The position numbers and the translations under genes are program-made. Shown piece after piece: positions 27,534 through 36,824 of a stretch of 64,000 bases of DNA. Each line of letters begins with the position of its first letter. Within the stretch, counting starts at the first letter, position 1. Source of the stretch: Thermovirgaceae bacterium (GTDB lineage: Bacteria > Synergistota > Synergistia > Synergistales > Thermovirgaceae); assembly GCA_040767805.1 (NCBI GenBank), contig JAXGNU010000001.1:1-64000 (forward strand), written 5' to 3'. The notes beneath the pieces are model-generated. The model did no database searches and was not told the DNA's origin. It was given only the letters and a program-made list of their open reading frames with translations.

Positions 27534-28928
27534 ATGAGCGCGCCTTCGGGGTTCATGAGGGATCCCATGGATGCCAGGAAAAGGATCACGGTTATCGGTG
27601 CCGGCATTAGCGGCAGGGCCCTCGCGGTTTTCGCCAGGGAACTGGGGCACACCGTTTTCGTCTCGGAAGCCAGGGTCATCGACGAAGAAACTCGCGATCT
27701 TTTCCGCCGCGTCGGCGTGGAATATGAAGGGGACGGCCATTCTGACAGGATGCTGAACTGTGATGCGATGGTGCTCAGTTCCGGTGTGTCCCCGGGCTCC
27801 GGTCCGGTCGCCAGGGCAAAAGAAAAAGGTGTGAGGGTCCTCGGTGAGGTTGATTTCTTGGCCCCTCATCTGAAGGGATCCCTCGTAGGCGTGACGGGAA
27901 GCAACGGTAAGACCACGACCACTCTCCTCACGGGTCACCTGTTTAAAGAAGCGGGCTTCCGGGCGGGTATCGCCGGTAACGTCGGCAGCCCCCTCGCGAG
28001 CCACGCGGGCCTGGATCATGAAGTCCTGGTGATCGAACTCAGCAGCTTCCAGCTCTTTTGGACCCATGGCCTTCGTCTTGATATCGCCATAGTCACCAAC
28101 CTGGATCCGGACCACATCGACTGGCATGGTTCGCTGGGCGAGTATTACCGTGCGAAGGGAAAGATCGCCTCGATGCTTAAAAGCGGCGGCGCCCTGGTCT
28201 GCCAGGAGCGGGATCTTTCGTTCCTGGTCCGCGACGTCTTGCCACCGGCCGAAACCTACCCCTTGAGCTGGGTAAAAGGGAGGACCGAAGGGAAAGGGGC
28301 AAGACTGTTAATGAAGGGCGATCACGCCGCCCTGGTCTCCGGCGGCGCCGAACGGACTCTTTTCCATTATAGCGATGTAAACCTCCTTGGCAGGCACAAT
28401 CTCGAGAACGCCGCCATGGCTGCGGTCTCCTTTCTCTTGAAAGGTGGAGAGGAGGAAACCTTGCCGGCCGCCCTGGCGACTTTCAGGGCGCCCCCCCACC
28501 GCTGTGAACTGGTCGGTGTCGTGGGCGGTGTTTCATTCATCGATGACTCCAAGGGTACCAATGTTGCCGCCACCGTGGCCGCCCTGACCTCTCTAGACGG
28601 ACGGAAGGTCATCATCCTTGGCGGCCGTGGCAAGGGCGAGGATTACGGATCGCTGGCCGATGCCGTCAGGAGAGGGTCGGAAGCCGTGATCCTCCTCGGT
28701 GAGGAAGCTCCTCGCATCAGGCAGGCTCTGGAGTCAAGGGGCTATACGGAGGTCATCGAGGTTGCGAACATGAAGGAGGCAGTAACGAAAGCTTTCGAGG
28801 TATCCCCGCCGGGGGGCATGGTCTTGCTTTCCCCGGCGTGCACCAGCTGGGATATGTACGCCAACTACTCCGAAAAAGGAGAAGACTTTCAAAGGTGGGT
28901 AATGGAGCTGAAACAGGAGCAGGCCTGA
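27534..28928 (+). CDS. murD: UDP-MurNAc-L-Ala:D-Glu ligase
   Basis: GSNGKTT, ELSSFQL, DHIDWH, DDSKGTN, LLSPAC. Confidence 0.95.
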   Translation: MSAPSGFMRDPMDARKRITVIGAGISGRALAVFARELGHTVFVSEARVIDEETRDLFRRVGVEYEGDGHSDRMLNCDAMVLSSGVSPGSGPVARAKEKGVRVLGEVDFLAPHLKGSLVGVTGSNGKTTTTLLTGHLFKEAGFRAGIAGNVGSPLASHAGLDHEVLVIELSSFQLFWTHGLRLDIAIVTNLDPDHIDWHGSLGEYYRAKGKIASMLKSGGALVCQERDLSFLVRDVLPPAETYPLSWVKGRTEGKGARLLMKGDHAALVSGGAERTLFHYSDVNLLGRHNLENAAMAAVSFLLKGGEEETLPAALATFRAPPHRCELVGVVGGVSFIDDSKGTNVAATVAALTSLDGRKVIILGGRGKGEDYGSLADAVRRGSEAVILLGEEAPRIRQALESRGYTEVIEVANMKEAVTKAFEVSPPGGMVLLSPACTSWDMYANYSEKGEDFQRWVMELKQEQA

Positions 28929-30058
28929 TGACCCGGAGAGCGGGCAAAAGTTCGCTCGGGGGCTTTAATCTTCAGGCCACATGGGCTATCCCCCTTATCC
29001 TTTCCTGCATCGGGGTGCTGATGATATCCTCCGTTACAGCCCAACTGACGATCAACCAGGGAAGAACACCGTTCTTCTATGGATTGAAACAGCTGCAGTG
29101 GTTACTCGTCGGTCTTGGGGGGATGATCGCTTGCACTCTCCCCCCCGTGTCCTTTTGGAGAAGGTGGAGTGGAGTGATATGGGCCGGCGCGGTTCTTCTG
29201 ATGGCCCTGACCCTTCTGCCGGTTTTGGGAAGATCGGGAGGAGGTTCCAGCCGATGGGTGAGGATAGGTCCTTTGAGCCTCCAGGCTTCGGAGGTGATGC
29301 TCCTTGCCGCGGCTGTCCACTTGGCGAAGAAGCTGAATGAGCCGGGTCTAACAAGGGTAAGAGCAATGGGGCGGACCCTACTGATCTTCGCCCTTTCGGC
29401 ATGGCCCTTTCTGTTCCAGACCGATCTCGGCGGGGCGATAATCCTTTTCGCCCTTTCCATGGCCGTTTTCGTCCAGGTCTTCGGGTGGGCCCTACCCCTG
29501 GTTGCCGGTTCTATCGCCTCCATGGCTGTTTTCCTTCCGGCGGTCCTTTTGGGCCGCTACCACGTCGAAAGGATCACCAGCTTCCTGGATCCCTGGAGCG
29601 ATCCCCTCGGGAGCGGGTTTCAAACCCTCCAGGGGTTCATCGCCTTCGCCAACGGGAGCCTGTTCGGAGTGGGCATCGGGCACGGACTGCAGAAACTCCA
29701 GTACCTGCCGGCGGCGCACACCGATTTCATACTGGCCGCCATCGGTGAAGAATTGGGAATGGTCGGAACCTTCTTAGTGGTCTTTCTTTACGGGATACTG
29801 TTGATGATCCAGTACCTGTCCTATCGTTCTGCGAGGGATGAGTTTGAGGCGACCCTGACCTGGGCTGTTACCCTGGCGGTATTCATTCCCTTTTTCGTGA
29901 ATGCCGCGGGGGTCCTTAGACTAATGCCCCTGACGGGAGTGCCCCTCCCCTTCATAAGCTACGGGGGCAGCTCACTCGTCTTGGGTTGGTGCAAGATCGG
30001 AATACTTTTGCGCCTTATGAGGCGGAAGCCATACCCCGGGGAAGAGGGGATCGCATGA
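28928..30058 (+). CDS. ftsW: SEDS peptidoglycan glycosyltransferase FtsW
   Basis: RW..., LQASE, HTDFI, PLTGVPLPFISYGGSS; multiple TM helices. Confidence 0.93.
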   Translation: MTRRAGKSSLGGFNLQATWAIPLILSCIGVLMISSVTAQLTINQGRTPFFYGLKQLQWLLVGLGGMIACTLPPVSFWRRWSGVIWAGAVLLMALTLLPVLGRSGGGSSRWVRIGPLSLQASEVMLLAAAVHLAKKLNEPGLTRVRAMGRTLLIFALSAWPFLFQTDLGGAIILFALSMAVFVQVFGWALPLVAGSIASMAVFLPAVLLGRYHVERITSFLDPWSDPLGSGFQTLQGFIAFANGSLFGVGIGHGLQKLQYLPAAHTDFILAAIGEELGMVGTFLVVFLYGILLMIQYLSYRSARDEFEATLTWAVTLAVFIPFFVNAAGVLRLMPLTGVPLPFISYGGSSLVLGWCKIGILLRLMRRKPYPGEEGIA

Positions 30059-31134
30059 GGATCCTTATAGCGGCGGGTGGGACGGGGGGCCATATCTGGC
30101 CGGCCCTGTCCTTTCACGAATGGATCGTAAGAGAACGGGTTCCCTCAGAGACCCTTTTTTTATCCGGAAGCCGGGAACTTGAAAGGGCACTGTACGCTTT
30201 CGCGGGCGTTTCCCCGGTGGTCCTTCCCATTGCCGGGTCACCCCTGTGGGGTCCGCCGGGAACCAGGATCTCACGATCCATCGGGTTGGCACGATCGCTG
30301 AGAGTCGCTCTGCGCGTCGTCAAGGACTTTTCTCCCGATATCTGCCTTTTGTTCGGGGGTTATGTCTCCGTCGCAGCCATGGCGGCCTCCAGGTTGCAAA
30401 GGTTGCCCCTCCTTTTGCACGAGCAGAACGCCAGGGCGGGCAGGGTGACTTCTTTAGCGGCCAGGATCGGTATTCCCATTTGTTCCGGTTGGGAGGTGTG
30501 TGAACCACTCCCTGCAAGTCGCTACTTTCATGTCGGGATCCCGGTGAGGCGGATGAGACGCCTGTCTCCCCGTGAAGCCTGGGAACGGCTCGGCTTCGGG
30601 CTGGATCTTCCGCCGAGTCCCAGGGTCCTTGTCCTTGGGGGCTCCATAGGGAGCGATCCACTGGCTGGGCTGTTCAGGGAGATATCCGGAGAAGGATCCT
30701 TTCGGGATTACAGCATCTTCGTGGTGGGCTCCAGCGATGATCCTGTCAGGGTCACCGATAACCTCCTGTTCCTGCCCCGGTTATGGGAGATCGACCTTCT
30801 ATATTCCATCGCCGATGTAGTCGTTTCAAGGGCGGGAGCTTCGACGCTGGCTGAACTGGTTGCATTTGGCCTGCCTTCTGTCATAATTCCCTGGAGAGCC
30901 GCGGCGGACGACCACCAGGCATTTAACGCAAGGGTCTTCGCGCAAAAAGGTTTTGGGGCTGTTTGGGAGTACGGCGGCGATAGTCATGAAAAGCTTTCGT
31001 TCATGATAGACTATGAACTGAAGAAGGCTGGGCTCGGTCAAGCCTCTCCGTTTCCCGGGATGCAAACCAGTGATGCCAGTGAAAAGATTTGGGTCCTTTT
31101 ACAACAAATCGCCGAAGGGAGAGGTCGCAATTGA
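30055..31134 (+). CDS. murG: lipid II GlcNAc transferase
   Basis: GGTGGH, HEQN, GGSIG, SRAGASTLAE, HQ. Confidence 0.94.
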   Translation: MRILIAAGGTGGHIWPALSFHEWIVRERVPSETLFLSGSRELERALYAFAGVSPVVLPIAGSPLWGPPGTRISRSIGLARSLRVALRVVKDFSPDICLLFGGYVSVAAMAASRLQRLPLLLHEQNARAGRVTSLAARIGIPICSGWEVCEPLPASRYFHVGIPVRRMRRLSPREAWERLGFGLDLPPSPRVLVLGGSIGSDPLAGLFREISGEGSFRDYSIFVVGSSDDPVRVTDNLLFLPRLWEIDLLYSIADVVVSRAGASTLAELVAFGLPSVIIPWRAAADDHQAFNARVFAQKGFGAVWEYGGDSHEKLSFMIDYELKKAGLGQASPFPGMQTSDASEKIWVLLQQIAEGRGRN

Positions 31135-32576
31135 ACGACTTCGATGCCCGATTCGATAACCTCGAAAGGGTGCACCTCATGGGCATAGGAGGAGCCGGAA
31201 TGAGCGGCCTGGCTCTTCTTTTAAGCCAGATGGGAATGACTATTACGGGATGTGATGTTTCACATACCTATTACATAAACAAGATCTCTCCCAACGGAAT
31301 CGAATTCGTTCTGGGCCATGACAAGAACCACCTTGACCGTTTCGACCCCGACGCCATTGTTTTCAGCAGCGCCATCCCGCAGGAGACGGAAGAATTGATC
31401 GAGGCGGCCCGGAGAGGCCTACGGATATTCAAAAGGGCGGAAGTGCTCAGCTGGCTCTTCAATATGAGAAAGGGTATCGGCGTAGCCGGTACTCACGGTA
31501 AGACCACTACAGCCTCTATGATCGGCCTGATCCTCGAGAACGCCGGACTCGACCCCACTGTCGCCATCGGCGGGGAACTCTGCGACATCGGTGGGAACGC
31601 GAAGCTGGGACAGGGGGCCCACATGGTCGCCGAACTTGATGAAAGCGACGGATCCTTCGAGCTTTTCCGTTCCCACGTGGCCATCGTAACCAACGCCGAT
31701 TGGGACCATGTCGATTATTACCCCAATTTTAACTCCGTGCTCGAAGCCTACGAAAGGTTCCTCAGCAACCGGGAACCTGAAGGGACGGCCATCGTCTGCG
31801 GAGAGGACAGGGGGCTGGCCACCCTCCTTCACAACAGGATCAACGGGAAGCACCAGACCTATGGTTGGGGCGCCCGATGGGACTGGGGCGCCCAAGACGT
31901 CAGGCACAATAGGGGGGGAGGGGTTACCTACACCCTGTCCAGGGGCGGCACGCCGACACTAGAAATATCACTCCGGATCTCCGGCGAACACAACGTCCTC
32001 AATTCGCTCGCCGCCTGCGCCGCGGCGGACGCGATCGGAGTCCCCCTTGAGGTGGCTTCCCAGGCGCTGAAGTCCTTCAAGGGAGCGAAAAGACGGCTGC
32101 AGCACATGGGGTCCGTCCCCGCCCTCGGCGTGGATATTTTCGACGACTACGGCCATCACCCCAGAGAGATCGCCGCCACCCTGGGCACGCTCAGGAAAAT
32201 GTTCCCCGAAAGGAGGCTCATGACCGTTTTCCAGCCCCATCGCTTCACAAGAACGGCAGCCATGTACAGGGAATTCGCCGAGGTGCTCTCTATGTCCGAC
32301 AGGGTATTCCTCCTGCCGGTCTTTCCTGCCGATGAATCACCTATAGAAGGCGTCTCTTCGACGCTGATCGGAGATATCCTGAAGCAAAAAGGACATAAGG
32401 GTTTTGACTTTTGCAGCGATATGGAAGACGTCTTGACCAAGGTCTCTGCCAATGTGAATGAGGGAGATGTGATCGCTACTATCGGTGCAGGCGATGTATC
32501 CATCGTTGGGGAGAAGATCCAGCAGCGCCTTGAAGGGAGAGGCGTCACCATCGATGCGATGGCGGTCAAGGCTTAA
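31131..32576 (+). CDS. murC: UDP-MurNAc:L-Ala ligase
   Basis: GIGGAGMSG, GTHGKTTT, DESDGSF, DDYGHHP, FQPHR. Confidence 0.95.
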   Translation: MNDFDARFDNLERVHLMGIGGAGMSGLALLLSQMGMTITGCDVSHTYYINKISPNGIEFVLGHDKNHLDRFDPDAIVFSSAIPQETEELIEAARRGLRIFKRAEVLSWLFNMRKGIGVAGTHGKTTTASMIGLILENAGLDPTVAIGGELCDIGGNAKLGQGAHMVAELDESDGSFELFRSHVAIVTNADWDHVDYYPNFNSVLEAYERFLSNREPEGTAIVCGEDRGLATLLHNRINGKHQTYGWGARWDWGAQDVRHNRGGGVTYTLSRGGTPTLEISLRISGEHNVLNSLAACAAADAIGVPLEVASQALKSFKGAKRRLQHMGSVPALGVDIFDDYGHHPREIAATLGTLRKMFPERRLMTVFQPHRFTRTAAMYREFAEVLSMSDRVFLLPVFPADESPIEGVSSTLIGDILKQKGHKGFDFCSDMEDVLTKVSANVNEGDVIATIGAGDVSIVGEKIQQRLEGRGVTIDAMAVKA

Positions 32577-33483
32577 CCGGACCATCCTTCCGTTCTGTTC
32601 CTATGATGTACCTTTGAAAAATTTTACGACCTTGGGGGTGGGCGGGGAGGCGGAATGCCTGGCCAGGCCTTCAACTCGCCGAGAACTCTCCTCGGTCCTC
32701 GATTTCTGCAATGAGGAGGGAGTCCCCGCCTGGTTCCTAGGCGGGGGCAGCAATGTACTGATCCCCGATGAAGGGCTCAAGGGCATGACCATTCAGACCG
32801 GTGGGCTTAACGGCGTTTCTTGGGAAGAGAAAGGGGATTCCGTCCTCCTTGAAGCTGAAGCAGGTGTTTCCCTAGCTGCCCTCCTGGCTCTTTCGATAAA
32901 AAGAGGCTGGGGAGGGTTGGAATTCGTCGCCGGCATCCCTGGGAGCGTGGGCGGCTCCCTCCGGGGGAACGCGGGGGTTGAAGGGAAGGCTCTCGGGGAT
33001 CTCGTCAAATCGGTGCTGTTGATCGACGAAAAGGGCTCTTTTCAATGGAGAAATGGAAGGGAAATCCGGTTTTCCTACCGTTACTCCGACCTGCTGACTG
33101 AGCACAAGGCCATCGTCGCTTGCAGGCTTGTCCTCACGACGGCTGGGACTGCCGAGGTGGCCCTCGGAGCCAGGGATTATTTTGACAAGAGGGCGGGGCA
33201 ACCCAAGGGCGTCAGGACGGCGGGATGTATCTTCAAAAACCCCAAGGCGGTTTTCGCGGGAAAGATCCTGGAAGAGGCCGGTTGCAAGGGTCTCAGGGTT
33301 GGCGACGCGGAGGTATCGGCCCGGCACGCCAATTTCATCGTGAACAACGGTTCGGCCAGTTCGAAAGATATAGCCAGGCTTATCTCCACCTGCAGGGACA
33401 GGGTTTTCCAAAAAACGGGGATTTTCCTAGATCTTGAACTATGCCTCATGGGTGTGTTTCTTGATGGGGAAGTCAGCAATTAG
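32554..33483 (+). CDS. murB: UDP-N-acetylenolpyruvoylglucosamine reductase
   Basis: GGGSNVL, GIPGSVGG, FSYR, GCIFKNP, HANF; start approximate. Confidence 0.93.
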   Translation: MRWRSRLNRTILPFCSYDVPLKNFTTLGVGGEAECLARPSTRRELSSVLDFCNEEGVPAWFLGGGSNVLIPDEGLKGMTIQTGGLNGVSWEEKGDSVLLEAEAGVSLAALLALSIKRGWGGLEFVAGIPGSVGGSLRGNAGVEGKALGDLVKSVLLIDEKGSFQWRNGREIRFSYRYSDLLTEHKAIVACRLVLTTAGTAEVALGARDYFDKRAGQPKGVRTAGCIFKNPKAVFAGKILEEAGCKGLRVGDAEVSARHANFIVNNGSASSKDIARLISTCRDRVFQKTGIFLDLELCLMGVFLDGEVSN

Positions 33484-34246
33484 GGTTGCCCTGTTTCTGA
33501 TTTTCCTTTCAGGGGTGCTATACTGTACGGAAGAACAATTCCAGTTCTTCCGGCTCAGGTCGATCACTTTCGATTCCCTCGCCCTGGTTTCGGATGATCA
33601 ACTCTGGAAAAGGGTCGAACCGATAGCTCATCGTTTTTGGCCCGTGTTTTCGCTAAGGCTGGGACGCATTGAAAAGTTGATCATGGCCGAGGCGCCCGTC
33701 GATATACATATCACACGGACAGGCTCCGGCGCCTTCAAAGTGAAAGTAAAACCGCTTGAACCATGGTTCATGGTTTTCTGGGCCGGGGGGGAGTGGTTCC
33801 TCGCCAGGGAAGGGAGGATGTGGTCGGTCCATCACTCGATGAACAGCATTATTTCCCAGCAGTCCGCGAGGGAGGGGGCCGTTCTTGTTTGGGGTCGCGG
33901 CTTGCCTGACCCCATTCCTTCCGGTACCGACATTGAGAACTCCGTCAAGGATTCGGTGATACCCTGCGATGAGATCGATTCCTGGAAAGAAGCCCTGGAC
34001 AGCCTGGGTTTTTACAAGAAGACCTCTTCCATCACCATCAACAGGAGTGAGGGAAGAAGAACCGTCGAAATACTCGAAAGGACCGGCGAGGGAAGCGTCA
34101 GGATCCTCCTTGACGAATCCCCCGCCCTTTGGCCGCCCCTCCTGGAAGCGGTTAATGATATACTTTCGCAAACCGGTTTACGGGACAAGAACCTGCTTGT
34201 GGATACAACCTATTCCGGAAAGATACTGGTCAGGGTTATATCCTGA
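33464..34246 (+). CDS. divergent FtsQ/DivIB-like protein
   Basis: N-terminal TM helix then a POTRA-like segment; lies between murB and ftsA; little sequence conservation is recognisable. Confidence 0.6.
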   Translation: MGKSAIRVALFLIFLSGVLYCTEEQFQFFRLRSITFDSLALVSDDQLWKRVEPIAHRFWPVFSLRLGRIEKLIMAEAPVDIHITRTGSGAFKVKVKPLEPWFMVFWAGGEWFLAREGRMWSVHHSMNSIISQQSAREGAVLVWGRGLPDPIPSGTDIENSVKDSVIPCDEIDSWKEALDSLGFYKKTSSITINRSEGRRTVEILERTGEGSVRILLDESPALWPPLLEAVNDILSQTGLRDKNLLVDTTYSGKILVRVIS

Positions 34247-34270
34247 TCCCTACGGCCTGGAGGTTAACCG

Positions 34271-35623
34271 ATGAGGAGAGGGAAGGTAGAACCCATCATA
34301 TGGTCGGGTCTTGATATCGGTACCAGGAAGATCTCACTGATCGTGGCCGAGACGGATCCCCTCTCGAAGGATACCCAGGTTATCGCCGTCGGTTCCTCCA
34401 GGACGAAAGGGATCTCCAAGGGCGAGATCCGGGACGCCGATCTCGTGGTCGAGTCCATCAGGAAAGCCGTAGATGAGGCTGAAAAAGCCTTTGACCTCAA
34501 CGTCCGGGATACGTTTCTCTCCATCGGGCCAACGTCGGTTTCCTCCTTCATCCTGGAACAAAAGTGCCCTTTGAATGAAGAGGGCATACCAGAAAGACCC
34601 GTCACCGGCAAGGATATGAAAGACGTTATCCGAGAAGCCTTGAAGGGCGCCCGAGGGAGCACCGAGCATCTCTTGCTTCACGCTATACCCCTGGGCTATT
34701 CCGTAGATGCCGGCCCTTTCGTAAAGGACCCAAGGGGGGCATCGGGATCAGAGCTGACTGCCGAGGTCCTTTTCATCGGCATCGCCGAGGAAGAAGTGCG
34801 AACATCAGTCAGTTGCGCCGAAAAAGCCGGGTTGAACGTGCTGGGGGTAATCCACAAATCCATCGCCTCCGCTTTCGGTTCACTCAGCGGAGAAGAGATT
34901 GAGGATGGAGCCGTGGCCGTGGATATAGGGGCGGGCACTACTACCGTGACCTATACCAGGGAAGGGCTTATCAGGGGAGTGGATGTTTTCCCGGGCGGAG
35001 GAGACCTGGTCACCCGAGATATTTCCGAAGTTCTCGCGATACCGGCGTCGAAGGCCGAATACCTGAAACGTGAGGTCTCCCTTTTTGAATGCCCGGAAGA
35101 CCTGGGCGATGAACTTGAATTCGAGATGGGCGGGGAACCTTTTATCGTGACCGTCAAGGACGTTCTCGAAATACTGTCGCCCCGGATCGAAGAGATCTTC
35201 TTCAGGTTCATCGTTCCCAAAATAGAAGAATTCCAACGGGACGGGGCACTCCGGGCAATTGTTTTTTCGGGCGGCGTCGCCGGGTCTCCAGGATTCATGG
35301 AGCTCGCCTCCGACAGTTTTGAAACACCGGTCAGGCTTGGCGAACCCGTAAAAGGAACGAGCCTCCCTCCCCACGCGAGGGGTTCAGAATTTTCCTCAAC
35401 GGTGGGGATCGTGAATTACCTGCTTGAAAGAGACAACAACCCCGACAACCTCCTGGAACCGGAGTATCCGAGGCTGGGCGATGCCTTGAACCTGGAAGAG
35501 GCTGGTAGTATCAAGGTCCTGAACCCCTGGAAAGGGAAAGCGGGGAAGAAAGAAGACGGGGGCAAGGGCCTGATGGCCAGGTTCTTTGACGCCTTGAGGA
35601 ACGCTTTCAGCGAACTGTTTTAA
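34271..35623 (+). CDS. ftsA: cell division protein FtsA
   Basis: GLDIGT, VDIGAGTT, SGGVA; amphipathic C-terminus MARFFDALRNAFSELF. Confidence 0.93.
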   Translation: MRRGKVEPIIWSGLDIGTRKISLIVAETDPLSKDTQVIAVGSSRTKGISKGEIRDADLVVESIRKAVDEAEKAFDLNVRDTFLSIGPTSVSSFILEQKCPLNEEGIPERPVTGKDMKDVIREALKGARGSTEHLLLHAIPLGYSVDAGPFVKDPRGASGSELTAEVLFIGIAEEEVRTSVSCAEKAGLNVLGVIHKSIASAFGSLSGEEIEDGAVAVDIGAGTTTVTYTREGLIRGVDVFPGGGDLVTRDISEVLAIPASKAEYLKREVSLFECPEDLGDELEFEMGGEPFIVTVKDVLEILSPRIEEIFFRFIVPKIEEFQRDGALRAIVFSGGVAGSPGFMELASDSFETPVRLGEPVKGTSLPPHARGSEFSSTVGIVNYLLERDNNPDNLLEPEYPRLGDALNLEEAGSIKVLNPWKGKAGKKEDGGKGLMARFFDALRNAFSELF

Positions 35624-35648
35624 TCCGTTTATTGTGGAGGTTACTCGA

Positions 35649-36800
35649 ATGGCTGAACTCTTTGAGATCGAAGGTTCGCAGTCGCAATTACGCGAAGTGA
35701 TCAAGGTTATCGGGGTTGGCGGAGGCGGCGGGAACGCCCTCAACCATATCGTCCGAAGCGGGGTTACCGGTGTGGAGTTCATCGCCGCCAACACCGATGT
35801 CGCTCACCTGAGCCTCTCCGAAGCCGACGTCAAGATAGTGCTGGGCAGGGAATTGACCAAGGGTCTCGGCGCGGGCGCGGACCCCGAGATCGGGCTGAGG
35901 TCCGCCGAAGAATCCATCGATGAGATCAAGGAAGTGCTGATGGGTGCCGATATGATCTTTCTCACGGCGGGCATGGGGGGCGGGACCGGCACAGGGGCCT
36001 CCCCGGTCATCGCCCAGGTGGCTAAAGAAAACGGAACCCTCGTCGTAGCCGTGGCGACCAAGCCCTTTCTTTTCGAGGGGCAAAGAAGGATCACCCAAGC
36101 CTTGGAAGGCATAGAGAACCTTCGTGGTAACGTGGATGCCCTCATCATAATACCGAACGATCGGCTCCTGGAGATCACCCAGAAGGAAACGACCCTCCTG
36201 GATGCTTTCAGACTTGCCGACGATGTCCTAAGGCAGGCTGTACAAGGCGTCACGGACCTCATCCTTCGACCGGGCCTGGTCAACGTGGATTTTGCCGATG
36301 TGAGGACGATCATGAAGGATGCCGGAACGGCCATAATGGGAATCGGTGAGGCCAAGGGGGACGACAGGGCCTCCAAGGCCGCCCACGCGGCCATAAACAG
36401 TCCGCTGATGGATGGACCTATCACGGGGGCGCGGGGGGTGCTCTTCAACGTCACCGGGGGGCCGAACCTGGGTATCCATGAGATCCAGGAGGCGGCCCGG
36501 GTCGTGACGGAAGCCGCCGACCCCAAGGCCACCATTCTCTGGGGTCACGTCCTTGACCCCGAGTTGGACGAAAAAGTGCAGATCACCGTGATCGCGACGG
36601 GCTTTGCCTCGGGCCCGGGCCCAAGAAGGGCGCTATCGATGCCGAGGAAAATCGGGGGGTCCTTTATCGAGACTGAAGCCCACGCTCGAAGGGATGTCCC
36701 CAGGCAAACCACCAAAGGGCCGGTCCCGCCCCTTGACAACATGGAAGATCTTGATACCCCTCCAGAGATCAGGAGGAGGAAGTTTGGTCATAAGGTTTAA
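35649..36800 (+). CDS. ftsZ: cell division protein FtsZ
   Basis: GGGGGNA, GMGGGTGTG, NVDFAD. Confidence 0.98.
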   Translation: MAELFEIEGSQSQLREVIKVIGVGGGGGNALNHIVRSGVTGVEFIAANTDVAHLSLSEADVKIVLGRELTKGLGAGADPEIGLRSAEESIDEIKEVLMGADMIFLTAGMGGGTGTGASPVIAQVAKENGTLVVAVATKPFLFEGQRRITQALEGIENLRGNVDALIIIPNDRLLEITQKETTLLDAFRLADDVLRQAVQGVTDLILRPGLVNVDFADVRTIMKDAGTAIMGIGEAKGDDRASKAAHAAINSPLMDGPITGARGVLFNVTGGPNLGIHEIQEAARVVTEAADPKATILWGHVLDPELDEKVQITVIATGFASGPGPRRALSMPRKIGGSFIETEAHARRDVPRQTTKGPVPPLDNMEDLDTPPEIRRRKFGHKV

Positions 36801-36824
36801 TAGAACAAATCGGGACCAGTATCG

